Assembly (NCBI RefSeq): GCF_022045235.1
Contig: NW_027266275.1
Span: 52,514,001-52,578,000, forward strand
DNA length: 64,000 bases
Direction of reading: 5' to 3'
Source: Haliotis cracherodii
Lineage: Eukaryota
Both the position numbers and the translations under genes were made by a program. Under the pieces are notes generated by a model. It searched no databases and was not told the origin of the DNA. It worked only from the letters and a program-made list of their open reading frames with translations. Below are positions 37,411 through 50,359 of this stretch, in pieces. Position 1 is the first letter of the stretch; each line of letters opens with the position of its first letter.

Positions 37411-39384
37411 CAGATCACTAAAGTTTGATCTTGTGGAACGTATACATGTACAAGCATACATGTGCATACCGCTACATACACAACAGGTAGCACATTGCGA
37501 GCAGCCGTGCGCTGCACATGCGCCGCGGTTCGATGCAACATGTGAGATATTGCTGTGATTTGAATATTAAGCAGAACTCGCCACAGCACATCATAAGACA
37601 AAACATGGAATCAAAAAACATTGAAGAACTGCCGAAAGACAATTAACGTTACGTCTATAAAATATAGTTGGGATTGTAAAATCTCAAGAAGAGAACAATC
37701 GGGTATTCCTTTAGTTTCTTGTCTTCCTTTTGTCAGTGTCAAGCATAACCTTATTTGATTATGTGCATTGCATTCATAGGATAGTTTGCGTCATGTTTGT
37801 TTCAAACACAATTTAGTTGTGAGATACAGTACAGTACATTTTCAGGGCTCAGAAATCTTTTTCAGGTTTCAAATATCAACATAATGACCCCTTACATCCG
37901 TATTGTCTGACCCCACTGGCGTTTTATATCACTTCTGAGGTGGGGTATTACAAACTTAATACAAACCTGCACACGCACGCACGCACACTTTCTTTGGTTG
38001 TGGTTCCACGCTTTGTCTTGGTATTACATCTATTAAAATGTCACTCACTCCAAAGGGGAAGAGTTTCTTTTCCTTTCACATTATTTTAAGTGCGCTTCGT
38101 ATGTCTTACACGTCTTCTTTCAGTTGAGCGTATCCAGTAAGACAATTACCAGCTGAGGTGAGGTGAATTATGTCTAACGTCTAAGCGATTATTGCACATA
38201 TATAGCAATGTGGATGCATGTGTGTAGTGTGTTGTGCGCTTGTATCTGTACGGACTGATCCCGGTTTTCGTATACTATTCAAGATGTCACTATGCCATAC
38301 TCGACGGTAGCCACTTATTCCTTTAGAGTGTCCTATAACTTGTACAATGTTGTGTAGACGAGGGACTGAGCAGTAGCCATGCGTAGGAGTCTGGACCAGG
38401 TAAGCAATGACAAACTGCATGGGCAACGGGTCACAATGAAGCATATTCAACCAAATAATAACCATCCGATCCTCAGATTATTCAGTTAATACGTCAATTC
38501 AATATTGCATCTATGCTCGGTTGTCATGCGTAAAGCCTCGTGTCCGTATTGTGCGAGCGGTCATAACATTGTTGTTCTATGCATCCCCATGAAGAAGTGT
38601 AAATTACTAGGTACAATGTACATTGTTCCACAAGTGTGGTATGTACTACATTTTGATACCTTGTATGAACAACTTCATAAACTGATGGAAATCTAAACAT
38701 GAGAAATATTTCATCTGGAGACTCGCCAGTGGATGAATCAACACCCAAGATGAAGCAGGGAGATAGAAAATATTTCCACAAGGAATGGAGAGTGACCCAC
38801 ACAGACAGTACACAATATTGGCATTGCATGTTTTTGTGAAATACCAAGCAAACTTGGACAATTTTTCATTTGAAAGTGATCGTTCATGAGAATGATGAAG
38901 ACAAGTTGAATGATGTGTGACATGGTGTGATGTAGCTACAAGAAGACCATGACGTTCCTGAAGGGTATCAAGTCAGAAGGGCCCAAAGATAACATTCGAA
39001 AAAGATTGAAAAATATATGCATTTCTGACTGGGTGAACCACAGTGTCTTACATAATGAAGTTCTCGGTGAGGCGATATCAAACTCGACGAGCGTCATCGT
39101 ACTTCAATGGCATAGCTCTTTGCTCCTTCTTTCAGACACTTAATTGTCTGGTCCAGACAATACGAAAAGGCCGCAATACAACTGAGATGTTGTTGACTGC
39201 GGCGTTAAACAACATTAACGGCGCCACTGTTTAGAGATTATAAAGACAAAAACAACCACGGGAGCATTAAGCATCATCTAAAGAAGCATCACTCCTAGCT
39301 TACATCTACTGGGTATATCTTTACAGTCGGATCCCCTTATCTCGAGATCCGTTATCTCGAATGTACCGATATCTGGAAGCATCA

Positions 39385-40450
39385 CTACATTAATAAGTTT
39401 AAAAAGGAACTTGGTATGAGTAACGTAACACATAATGCCAAATATAAGGCCACAATATTAACTCTCAGACTGGAAGAAATCTGCCAAAACCACTCATAAG
39501 TACTATGATAATTGGACCAGACTTTTGTAATGGTTCCAAAGCTTCATAAACATCCGTACATAAAGAGATACCAGTATATTGCTGGTTCCCACAAATGTGC
39601 CTCCAAATTCCCGTCTTAAAGAGTAACCAGAGTGCTTAATACACTCAAGGAAAGACTTTCTTTGTAATCACAGAAAGTATTTGAGACAAGTGGAACACCA
39701 TGTGAATTTTCAAAAGCTCAAATGATTTCTTTTTGATTTATGCATTCTTTGAAAAGAACAATGTTCAGTGACGACAAAACTTTTGATTTTTCATTTTTTA
39801 CAACACTATCCTACACGAAAATCTTAAGGAAAAACTTCATTCCTTGCTCCATGGGACGTTTAACTAAGCTTCAGGTATATCGATGATCTGATGTCACCCC
39901 ACTATTGTCAAATAACCAGAACCCTCCACTCAGCCTTTCATTTCCCTAACCAAGATACCCACCTTACCTAGAAATAAAATGACCAGTGGAACTCCCTCAT
40001 CTGTTTCATATTTAGATCTATGCATGAAGAGGCATGACTTCAACTTTCCAATAGTCAACTTTCCAACTTTGTCGAGCAACATTCCAGCAACTTTAGCCTA
40101 TGGTGTCTACATTTCACAACTTTAGAGGTACACTCGAGCATACACTTTCTACGAAGACTGAAAAGTGCACCATACGAATCTTGCTCAAAAGGTGTTTGAC
40201 CAGGACTACAGCATTTAAGGCATTAGTGAAGCTTAGCGAAGCTTAATCATCAGTGACATAAAATATGTCCAATCGAATTACCTATTTTGACATATGTTCC
40301 CGTGAATGTTTCAGTTGAATACTTGACTTGACTTAAGGCGGGTTCCACCGATGGGTCAGGATACGTTTATCCTTTCGCGAATACCTAGTATCTTCACTAT
40401 TTGATAGTGATTCATGAACACATGCTTGTGATATGGTCGGAATCATACAA
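39385..40450 (+). mobile_element. Penelope-like retroelement RT relic (Naiad/Chlamys-type motifs)
   Basis: MVPKLHKHPY..YIAGSHKCASK, KTFDFS, SVSYLDL, KRHDFNFPIVNFPTLSSNIPATLAYGVYISQL; heavily deleted. Confidence 0.8.
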
Positions 40451-40983
40451 TAGACTTTAATTTGGATTATGGATTTTGTCGTGTTTTTTTCACGAAGTTC
40501 GCTGTCGCTGGTTACTGTGAGTTGAGATGTTTTCTATAATAGTTAAAGTTGCAAGTTACATGTATGTTTCCGCCACTAATGATAGCAGACCGCAGCGACC
40601 TCAAATATAATCGTCAAAACCATTTCCATAATCATGAAATGGAGTGCTTACTGAGTTGGTTGCACTACACGCTACCTTAAAGACGCCTAAGGGCTTGAAA
40701 TAAACATGTTTGGTTTCACTGTTTGACTGCAGTAGTAAGTTGCTAAACATGTCAAGCACTATGCAGCATGTTTACATGTGGCTAGGAAACCTTCCTTAAA
40801 GATTTCTTATTCTCGTGGCCACAGACAGACAAAATTCAATTGATGCCTGGAAAAAACTTTGGGGCTGCTTTGGCACGGCCACCGTGGTTTGTGTTTTGGA
40901 TGGTTGACATCATCTTTCTATATTTCTTCCCAGGGAATGATATTCAGTTCTCCGACAAGTTTCTTTGTAAAAGAAACTATTAC

Positions 40984-43900
40984 ACTGGGGGCGGTTAAGG
41001 CTACAATTGTGCACTTTGGGTTAAAAGCACCGAACTTGGCACACTTATACATTGAACCATTCCAAACATTTTTGGATATGGATCCACCGCAGCAGGGTCC
41101 CACGGCGGTAGAAAATCCAAGATGGCCGCCAACATGGCTGAACGCTCTAATGGTGTCAATATATACTCAGTATATCATACTCATCTGATCCATTTATACA
41201 TATACCCATACTAATGCATGCGGAATGAATTGCAGCAGAGCTGTGTATAATTCAAATATAGTTTGCAGCGCCCCCTGGTGGTAGAAAATCCACGATGGCC
41301 GCCAGCATAGCTGAAATTTCTGATGATATCAATCTGTACTCAACACATCATAGTTATCTGGCCAATTCATACAAATTATCATTGTAATGTATTTAGGAGT
41401 AATCACAACAATCCTGTATATAATTCAAACCAAGTATGCAGCACCCCCTGGTGATGTCGAAAATCCAAGATGGCCTCCAATATGTTTTAGTTTTCATAAA
41501 TTGTCTATTTCTACAGCGGATATAGATATCATTTGATATCTTTGGACTAAGGATAAGTTGATAAGTTTTGATATGATGAAACATTTTAAATGACATTGTA
41601 TCAATTAATATGTATTGTCTATGATCTATTCTCGGCATATTAATTTATAAATGGTCTACTGAGAAAGGTTCCACCCAGTTTATATTAGATCACCCCAAAA
41701 TCATTCATCTGGGAATGGATTCATATCTTAAAAACAAGAATGTATGTAAAGGAATTATTGACATTATTGCCATGAACCTATGACATTGACTTACTTCTTA
41801 CTTAAGTAGGACCAGGAATATCGGTTCAATGTATGTGCTTACGGTTCCATAATTCACTTACACTGAAATCTTTTCTTCAAAGTATCACATAGCACTGTAC
41901 AGGCAGGCAGTGTAAAGTTTACTTAGGTTTGCAAGATTTCTTGCAGATGCAGTGTTAGTTTATAACACTTCTTTGTGCCTGACCAAGTGTTGTCCACTTG
42001 GATATCTATATATTACTGCATGTCCTCTCCCAACCCCTGGCTACAAGATTCTGTAGTGTGGGACGTTTGTCAAGCACCTATCCCCAAATATGCATTGGTG
42101 CTGTCTCAGAGCTGCCTCTTTGGGTTGAAATGTCAATTGTCTGAGATCTTCATGAACAGAGATTTTGCCTTTCATTGACCTTCCAAATAAACCAGTGAGA
42201 ACGACAAACCGCTCAAGAATCTGCATTGTGTTGTCAGAGATATCTGCTGATGATGGGAAAGCATTGGTGACTTCAGGAAATACTTGACACATATCCCAAG
42301 CATATGAACCGGTGATGGCAGGAAATAGTGACAATGTCTTTGAATTCCGTGGGCCTCTAGTAGAAAACTCTCGGCTGTTTCAGTCAATCCAACTGCACCT
42401 CCATCTCCCTTCATACGGTTATTGAATTAATTGTTCATGTGTCTGACCCTTGTGTCACACAAGAGAATGTCCGTTTAGTCTTTAGTTTAATGTGTCACGA
42501 ATCCACCGGAACAATACTCGAGGTACAGCGGTGCTCGTGCTCTACTGTAAGAGGGACATATCTGTGAAACGCAAGCCCTTAATATGACAAGTGATGCTGC
42601 AAACTTTGGGAAATCTGCTTTTTGAATTGCAGCCACCAGGCACAATATACAAAGTTCTTGTTCAAGAACAAGGGGCCAGTAGTGAAATGGGCTGAGCAGC
42701 TTTCCTTTCTGAAAGGATCGTCTGTTTTCGCTTCTGTTTCCTTATATCGCACATATGTCTGATGTTGTAGTAAGATGGGTACTCATGATGCGGGAATCAG
42801 CAAATCTGACTGAGGCAATTCCAGCAGCACAAATTGCAGTTTTCCATCTACTTCCTTCGGGACAGTTTCTGAGAATCCTGAAAGCAACTATTTCTATATG
42901 CAAATCTACCAAACATGATAAAGAAGTTTATCACATAATTCAGGACAGTTCCACTGGATTGTTTTAGCAATTGTGTATAGTGGTTCATCCAAGGCAAGCA
43001 CATGCATCTGACCAGGATTCAAATGCTCAATACCCTTTTTGTACCACATTAATTGAATGCTGTATCATAGCAACAGAGTGTGCATATTCTTGCATATGGG
43101 CAATTGTTTGTCTTATTTTCCCAATACTCCCATGGTCAGGCATTGTGTTAACACTATCTACATCCTGGGTGAAAGGTAAATTTAATTGAGGGACATAATT
43201 ACCCATCTTGCTAAAACAGGATTGGGGTACATTAGTATATACTGTGGGCTGTTTGGAAATGGTTTTCCTTGTTTGCGTGCTTTCTTCAGACAAAAGAACA
43301 ACATGTGATCTTCCTTCCTCTTCAGCTTTTGAACGCTACTGCAATAGTGAAATGTTGGTACCATGAAGTGAATATGTTGCTGTTGTAGAGCAGGGATTAT
43401 GATAGATGTTATCTTTTGAGAATGTTGGTGGGTATACCACACCTTCGTCTTCATAAACACCACAAACTGTGCTATGTCTGTTCAAATACACAATATTTTG
43501 AAATGTGTCAACAAGATCACGTTTTCTTGTTAAATACCAAGTAAACTGGGACTTGTATTTCTCGGTCTCAGTGGTGTCTTTGTGTTGATGAACTGGTGTA
43601 CCGAGATTTCACACTTTGAAGACAAGATGTTCTGAGATACAGTAAACTATGTTTATAATGATAACGCTTATAACGAACTGGCGGAACTGGTTTTTTTGGT
43701 CCAAGCCATTTGCAGTATATATGTTGTATATATGTTTATAACAAACTACGGTTACAACGAACTCAAATTAGTGGTCCCTTTGAGTTCGTTATAACTGTAG
43801 TTTACCGTAGTTTTTTTTCATACCTGGTCCTACAAATTTCATACTGACTAGAGCTTTCAAAGAGGCAGGTACATACTGTTTATGGCAGTCGGAAGGAAAT

Positions 43901-44585
43901 GTTCCTCTGAAAGTTTGTTTCAACCTTAAATCATGTCTGTGGATAAGTGTTGCTCGTTAAGTTAGCCTTAATGATTCAGAATCAAAAAGGTATGTTTCAG
44001 TGCTGGTCCAATATTTTTATCACATTCCAAGTTCAGTTACCGAATTTTAACCAAGTTCATGCAGTCCAATATATTCCCCAGATCTGCCTTCCGGAATACA
44101 GATCTTGCTTCAAATGAATGAATTGTAGTACCAAAAACTGATACATTCAGTAAAGCACTACTTGGAATTGTTTTGAAGCCATATTTGAATGAAATGATTG
44201 CAATGAGCAAATGATACTGATATTGTGGACAAACATTTGACATTTTTTGAAGATTAAGTCATTTTGGCCGCCATCTTGGATTTTCTTCGCCACCGGCGGG
44301 CGCTGCATATTAGATTTGAATTATATACAACATTGACTCAATTAATTTTATATAAATGACTAAAATTGACAAAAAAATGATGGTATATTGAATATAATTT
44401 GACGTCATAAGAGATTTTAACCATTTTGGCGGCCATCTTGGATTTTCTACCACCAGGTGGCGCTGCTGAGGTGGATCCATATCCAGAAATGTTCGGAATG
44501 TTTCAATGTATAAGTTTGCCAAGTTTGGTGCTTTTAACCCAAAGTGCACAATTATGACTAAAATCCAGCCTTAACCGCCCCACTA
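40984..44585 (-). mobile_element. Academ-like DNA transposon with long TIRs and decayed transposase
   Basis: Inverted ends GGGGCGGTTAAGGCT..AATTGTGCACTTTGGGTTAAAAGCACC / ..AGCCTTAACCGCCCCACTA; subterminal AAAATCCAAGATGGCCGCC repeats; minus-strand peptides AHSVAMIQHS..LNPGQ..DEPLY, KGDGGAVGLTE, LERFVVL, WTTL..CICKKSC. Confidence 0.7.
43640..43807. mobile_element. Tigger/pogo-like MITE nested in the Academ-like element
   Basis: TA|CAGTAAACTA..TATAA ... TTATAAC..TAGTTTACCG|TA. Confidence 0.7.
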
Positions 44586-45254
44586 TGATCAATAATTGAT
44601 GTGAATGCCATCAGATTGACAGGAATGATAGAAAGATGGTACCAAAGATACGTTAGATCGCGAGGGGTAGGGGCAATTTGAACAGCGTCGTGACGTCAAT
44701 CTATTATGACGTAACCCAGAAATTATACTTTATCTTGGAACATGCTTTCCGCCCACATGCTCCTTTACGCAACACCAGTCCTGGTATCATCACTATTTAA
44801 TTCTAGGCACATACTTAGGGTATGATCGGAATCATACAGTCGACTGCTTTTGGCAGAGATTTCTTATGGACGTGGAAAGGGAATATATGGTAATACTTTT
44901 TGACACTAATTTTATAAAATGTATTCATTGCTGTCCGCCCCATTTCGTTAAGGAATTATTGTTCTATTTCTCTAGGTTCTTATAACATGTGGCAATATAT
45001 TTTTTAAAAACAGTGAAACTTGCGTAATGATTGTTTAATATCATATGAATATATAATAACTTTTCTTTTAACTGTTCTTGCTACAATACAGTATTACCTT
45101 TTGCAAAATGTCAGTAATATGTCAAATGTTTTAAATCACACTGCACTTACTAACCATCGCAGTTACTAACCATCTGACAAGGATGTCAGACTATAAAAGT
45201 CATCCTATGTTTCATCATGATAAAGACACGGAATATAATTGACTGACATTTACA

Positions 45255-46226
45255 TTATTGACACTCCCGACAACAGAACATGTGCATTGCCAGGAACATT
45301 TTAAGAAACGCCTTCTTGAAATCCTTGTTCATGAAGGAATATATTATGAAGTTCATGCCAGAGTTCAGTAATCCAAGAGATAGTGTTATGCTCGTAGTAG
45401 CGCTGCCCACCCCGTAGGTATTGCCAAGAATGTTTACCACTGCCGACGGTAACCAACACAAGACGAACGTCCCGTACACCATGATAAAAAGTCTGACGGA
45501 ATGGAATGTTGATTTGTAGCGTATTGTAGATCTCATCGGTGACCCCCGTGCTTGAATGCGTTGACGGTGTTGGATAGCTTCCCTTGTAATGAGGCCGTAC
45601 ATGATTGCGTTCAACACAAAGACGGTGGCTGTGAAGGGCATGATGAAGTACAGTTGAAATGGTTTGGACACCACGTGGAAGAAGCTACAATACCCAGGCC
45701 AGGTCGACGTCAGCAGAGTAGAAGTCCCCACTAATATGGACACACACCATGTACACAGGATGATGAAGCCAGTTTTCTTCGGACTGAGGTAGATGTGGTA
45801 ATGGAGAGGGTGCTTGATGTAGACGTACCTGTCCACGGATATAGCACAGATGCAGAGGAAAGACTCAGACAGAATTAAATACAGCGCCCCATATCGAAAT
45901 GCACAGTTGAACCACGACCTGTCTAACATGTCCTCCACTCTAGGGACAATAGAGGACACGTAGAAGGGGAATGCAAGTCCTGTAAGAAAGTCACTACATG
46001 CTAAAGACACGATGTACATGTTGGGCGTGGTGCGGAGTGCCTCTGTCCGATACACAGCTACTACAGTGAGGAGATTGCCAACACAGACTAAACATCCTAC
46101 TAGTGTGAACAGAGCCAAGGTGAATATCTCAGTGCCACTCAAACTCCTGCATGATGCTATTGCCATGGTCATCATATTGGTGGAGTTCACGGTAGACAGG
46201 TTGGCACCCAACGGAATATGTTCCAT
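45255..46226 (-). CDS. Intronless class A (rhodopsin-like) orphan GPCR, about 323 aa
   Basis: Seven hydrophobic segments; GN, LAxxD, C3.25, DRY, W4.50, P5.50, CWLP, NSxxNFIIY and helix 8 (DFKKAF); N-glycosylation sequons NLS and NST; first ATG at 46226 (the track starts at a TTG immediately after an in-frame TAA). Confidence 0.93.
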   Translation of the reverse strand: MEHIPLGANLSTVNSTNMMTMAIASCRSLSGTEIFTLALFTLVGCLVCVGNLLTVVAVYRTEALRTTPNMYIVSLACSDFLTGLAFPFYVSSIVPRVEDMLDRSWFNCAFRYGALYLILSESFLCICAISVDRYVYIKHPLHYHIYLSPKKTGFIILCTWCVSILVGTSTLLTSTWPGYCSFFHVVSKPFQLYFIMPFTATVFVLNAIMYGLITREAIQHRQRIQARGSPMRSTIRYKSTFHSVRLFIMVYGTFVLCWLPSAVVNILGNTYGVGSATTSITLSLGLLNSGMNFIIYSFMNKDFKKAFLKMFLAMHMFCCRECQ

Positions 46227-46794
46227 CGATTTTAAACACAATTATAATTTAAGTCATAGCCTGTTGTTAGAGTTCACCGTTTATATCCAAAGTCCAAACG
46301 TTATCACGCATGCTTTCGTCCAAGGCAAACTAACAGCTCCCATATGCATATCTCTCTGTGCGTATCCTTGGTGTAGACGAATTCTTCTGCAACTGGGATC
46401 CTGTCAAGTCGGACAAGTTTCGCCAGACCAATACTTCAAGCGACACGAATTTCAATACACCTCTCTATTGGTAGTTATTACTCTATCCTTCATATATCAC
46501 ACTGGCACGGTCAGCGAATGTGTTTTATCAGTAAATTGTCTCTCATCCACCTGCTCCTCGTCTTGTAATCCTGGTGCGTGTTCAAATAACCTTATCTATC
46601 ACTCTAATCCATCCATCTATAACAAACGCATTGCCAGTGTTATATTTTGGCGTTTATCACTGTTATATAAAATGTATACGTCAATCATTCTATTATTGGA
46701 AATAATAGCCTTTCACGTCTCTGACAACAGTATTTATGACATAAAACGTCCGGTAAAAGTAAACGCCACAGCACCTTATGGTGAAGTGGTGAGG

Positions 46795-46940
46795 TGAAAT
46801 GGAATGTAACGTGGCGTTGAAGATCATTTCACTTATAAATATAGCGACGTGCTTCACAAATTGTACCAAAGAGGGGAATCGAACCCAGATCTTCGGCGTG
46901 ACGAGCGAACGTTTCGACCACTTGGCTACCCCACCGCCCC
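46795..46940 (-). mobile_element. tRNA(Asp)-derived SINE, diverged
   Basis: GGGGAATCGAACCCAGATCTTCGGCGTGACGAGCGAACG..GGCTACCCCACCGCCCC. Confidence 0.8.
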
Positions 46941-48892
46941 TCACATTCAGAGAACGGTAATCGGACATATACGAAATACTTTGATATCTTTGTTGCATTT
47001 CTGCCCTTGACCTCCTGCATAACAAAACCACTCCTCCCGATTTGAATATTTTAGCTCGCCTGGCTTGACCAGTTAGCTCAATCGAATTTAGCTTTTCGCC
47101 ACATAGGCGATGTGCTCAAACATTCTTATATAACATAATGTATTTGAGGAATAAATCCATGATGTATCTACCTGAATTGTAAATCAAGTTATCTGTTTGT
47201 ATCGCATAATTCAAGTTAATACTGGATGCTATGACACTCAGTATGATGCACGCCAAAATATGGCGCATACGGTGTGCTAATAGCATTGTTCGATTATTGT
47301 TTAACGCCGCACTCAACAACATCCCAGCTGACGATGACCTGTAAATAGTTCAATAGTGGATAGCTCTATCCACTAGATCACGGAGTCCGTCACGGAACTA
47401 TAGGAAACTATGTTGAAATAAGATTAAAAATTATATTTGATATAGTTTCTCGCCGCAGGCAGCAATATGTACCGTAGTGGGCGACTTATAAATAATCTGT
47501 ACCAGTGGCTGAAATCATGATCTTAATCTTTTTTCCGCATTATCACTAATAATAACAGATAATCTTATCTTAATCTTAATCTGAATTTCGCGTTATCACT
47601 ATTCAAAAACAGATACATTGTCATATCTACCACTATGGGTGTTATTTGTATTATTCCAAAGTACAGACATTTTCAAGCCAGTCATTGTTATATCCGAATT
47701 CGTACCAAGATAACCTTATTCACAATTGAAGGGGCCTTTAGATCAAATACAAATATTGGACGAGCAATCAACAACTGTTTCTGAAGCAATAAAACAACTT
47801 TCGATAATTATTAACTAGCCACGTGTGTTGAGCCTAAATATAGACCCATAACCATTGAGTAAACATTAACATTCATTATTCTAAGTATAAGGGTTAGTTT
47901 GTTTTACACTGAAGGAGCGCGCCATTTTGGTTTCTCTAAAAGATTTGGAGTTTTTAAAATGAAATGAGAGTGACTTAATCTGGACATGTTTTAGCCAATC
48001 GCCTGTCACATTCTGTGACTTAGTCATGTTTCGTAATGTAGATAATCCATGCAATCTGTTCTTTGTGTTTTTGAAAGGGATAAAAATGTTTAGGAAAAAC
48101 ATATCTCATTTCGCGAAAGTTAACCGATCTATTTTTTGTAAGAATAAACTTGCGCATTGAGCGATTGTCGCCTTTAGCTATAGGCGTAGTATAGAGCTTT
48201 ATCACGCACTGACCTTGCAGTGCTGTACATCGTATCTTATTCAATCTGTATCACTGAGAGTGAGTGCTTATCACCCTTACCCGAATAGCTCTACTGCGCA
48301 CTACCTTTACAAGATATCACTATGTTATTCAGGCAGCCAGCAAGAAAGGTTCCAGGTGGGAACTATGGTCAAGGATGTAACGCGCTCTCAATCGTTCACC
48401 CTTAACACTGCTATTGGCACTGATTGTTCAACGCGATTAATTACCAGGTTTCTATATAGTATGACTTTGTTTAAAAAAACACATGTAAAGCAACGGGTTT
48501 GATACTAGAAATTTGTAATTAGTTGTCTTCATAATCACATGTATGGTGCGTGATGTGAATAGTGCACAGTATTGTTTCAAGTGGTTTACTGTATGTAATG
48601 TATGATGTACCGTCTCATGCCGCGGTTTACGGTTCTGCATGGTTTATTGTTTTAACAGTTCGTTAACTTCCGACCGAGATTATACACCCGTATATGTCCT
48701 TTGCTTTTGGATACATAAAAATCAACAGGTTGGTCTGTACTTTGCAATTATTTTCCGAAAAAGTAGGGTTGCATGATATATTCACGATTTTTGGGCTGAG
48801 CATAGTAACATTCTTCTAAACATACTTCAAATCTAAACCGGAAGTAACAACACAAACCAAGTTAACCAAAACGGAACCGTACACAAGAGTAA

Positions 48893-49121
48893 TGAGTGAG
48901 TGAGTTGCGTTTAACGCCGCTTTGAATAGTATTCCACTTATATCACGGCGTATCAGCTTGATGTTGGAGGAAAGCTCGACGTGATGCAGGTCTTAGACGT
49001 TCACCACTTTGGTGAAACCCACGAGCGCGCTTATAGTGCGACAACATAATTAGGGCGCCAGGTTTCTGGCGTGCATATAGCGAGTTGCAGCGCCTTAGGC
49101 GATTGTGCCAACCGTGTCCCC
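48893..49121 (-). mobile_element. Fourth SINE family (tRNA-like head, shared tail)
   Basis: Minus strand: GGGACACGGTTGGCACAATCGCCTAAGGCG..TTTCCTCCAACATCAAGCTGATACGCCGTGATATAAGTGGAATA..AGCGGCGTTAAAC(ACTC)n. Confidence 0.55.
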
Positions 49122-49399
49122 GTACACAACTGTAACAAACTGTCACACAACAAATATGTTTTAGATGAGATATGTATTACGTTATATTCCACGAAGAAAC
49201 ACTGGCAATATTACACTATCACAAACTGCAATATATATATACACAATAAGTGCAAAACACACAGGCACATTCAACATACAAAGGAGGTACATTATAACAA
49301 TTCTATTTTAAAGCAAATGTATTATAGTGATATGGAAACAATATTAGAATTGAACAAAACTATGGTAAAATGTTGTACATAAAAAGGAATATGTTTATA

Positions 49400-50050
49400 A
49401 TTGTAGATATGATAACAGATCTTGGAAATTGTTTCTGGATAACTGTTGTTAAACATTATTAAGAATGGTTCCTTTTAACAGAGTGTACTAATTCTTTATC
49501 GTGATTGAGGATTATTTGTGATTCTCTTTCTTGGTTGTAAAATGTTGCTCATCTTCGAAGACATCACATGTTTCACAGAAACGTTGTTCGAATGGAGTAC
49601 CAGTTTCAATCTTTAGTTTGTGATTACTTAAACGAAGTTTTGAGAACAGTTACCTGTGAGCTTTGTTTTTAAAATATGTAAGATAATTCTCAATATTTAT
49701 AGATAGCTGGACCAACCTGTATGTTCTTAACTTGCTGTCGGATAAATGGGAATCCCTTCATGAATGCGTGAACATATTTTTACATTTGGACTTAAGTTTT
49801 TTTTACTGTTGATTCATTACATTTGTTTGTGTTTACTATTGCCAAAGTTTGTTTTATTTAACCCAGCCAACATTTTGACCAGACAGATTGATATTTGCTG
49901 CCAAAGCATGTTGAAGAATGACATTTGTTGTGTTATCAATATAGGACTTGTATTCAATTATTTTATATATCATTGGTACTAATAGTGGGTATATACCAAG
50001 TTCTGCCTGACAGGCCCATTTATGTGTTTTCTTGCTTTGGTTATCCTTGT
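49400..50050 (-). mobile_element. CR1/L2-group LINE 3' relic
   Basis: WACQAELGIYPL; FSKLRLSNHKLKIETG..RFCETCDVFEDEQHF. Confidence 0.8.
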
Positions 50051-50359
50051 GCTGACCATTTATAGACACTGTTTCTTTTATTGTGCTTTCCAAAGATAAC
50101 TACATTAACAACAACCAATTTGAACTTTACACCAATCCTCTCCTCCCATTGCTTACACTTCCTTCCTCTGCATATGACATTAAATGGCGGGGGGAAATTG
50201 ATGCACTGCAGCAATCTCTACTTGTATTATTTAGCATAGATATATGTCCGTGAATAAACTTGCCTCAGTCCCAATTCTTTCCACGCGTATTTATCAATTG
50301 ATAAATGTACGTTAATACAGTAGCTGTGTGAAGTGGGCTGTTTGTTGAAATACGCATTT

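Noticed and set aside
46012-46797. 261-aa plus-strand ORF
   Set aside because: Partly antisense shadow of the GPCR; no recognisable domain
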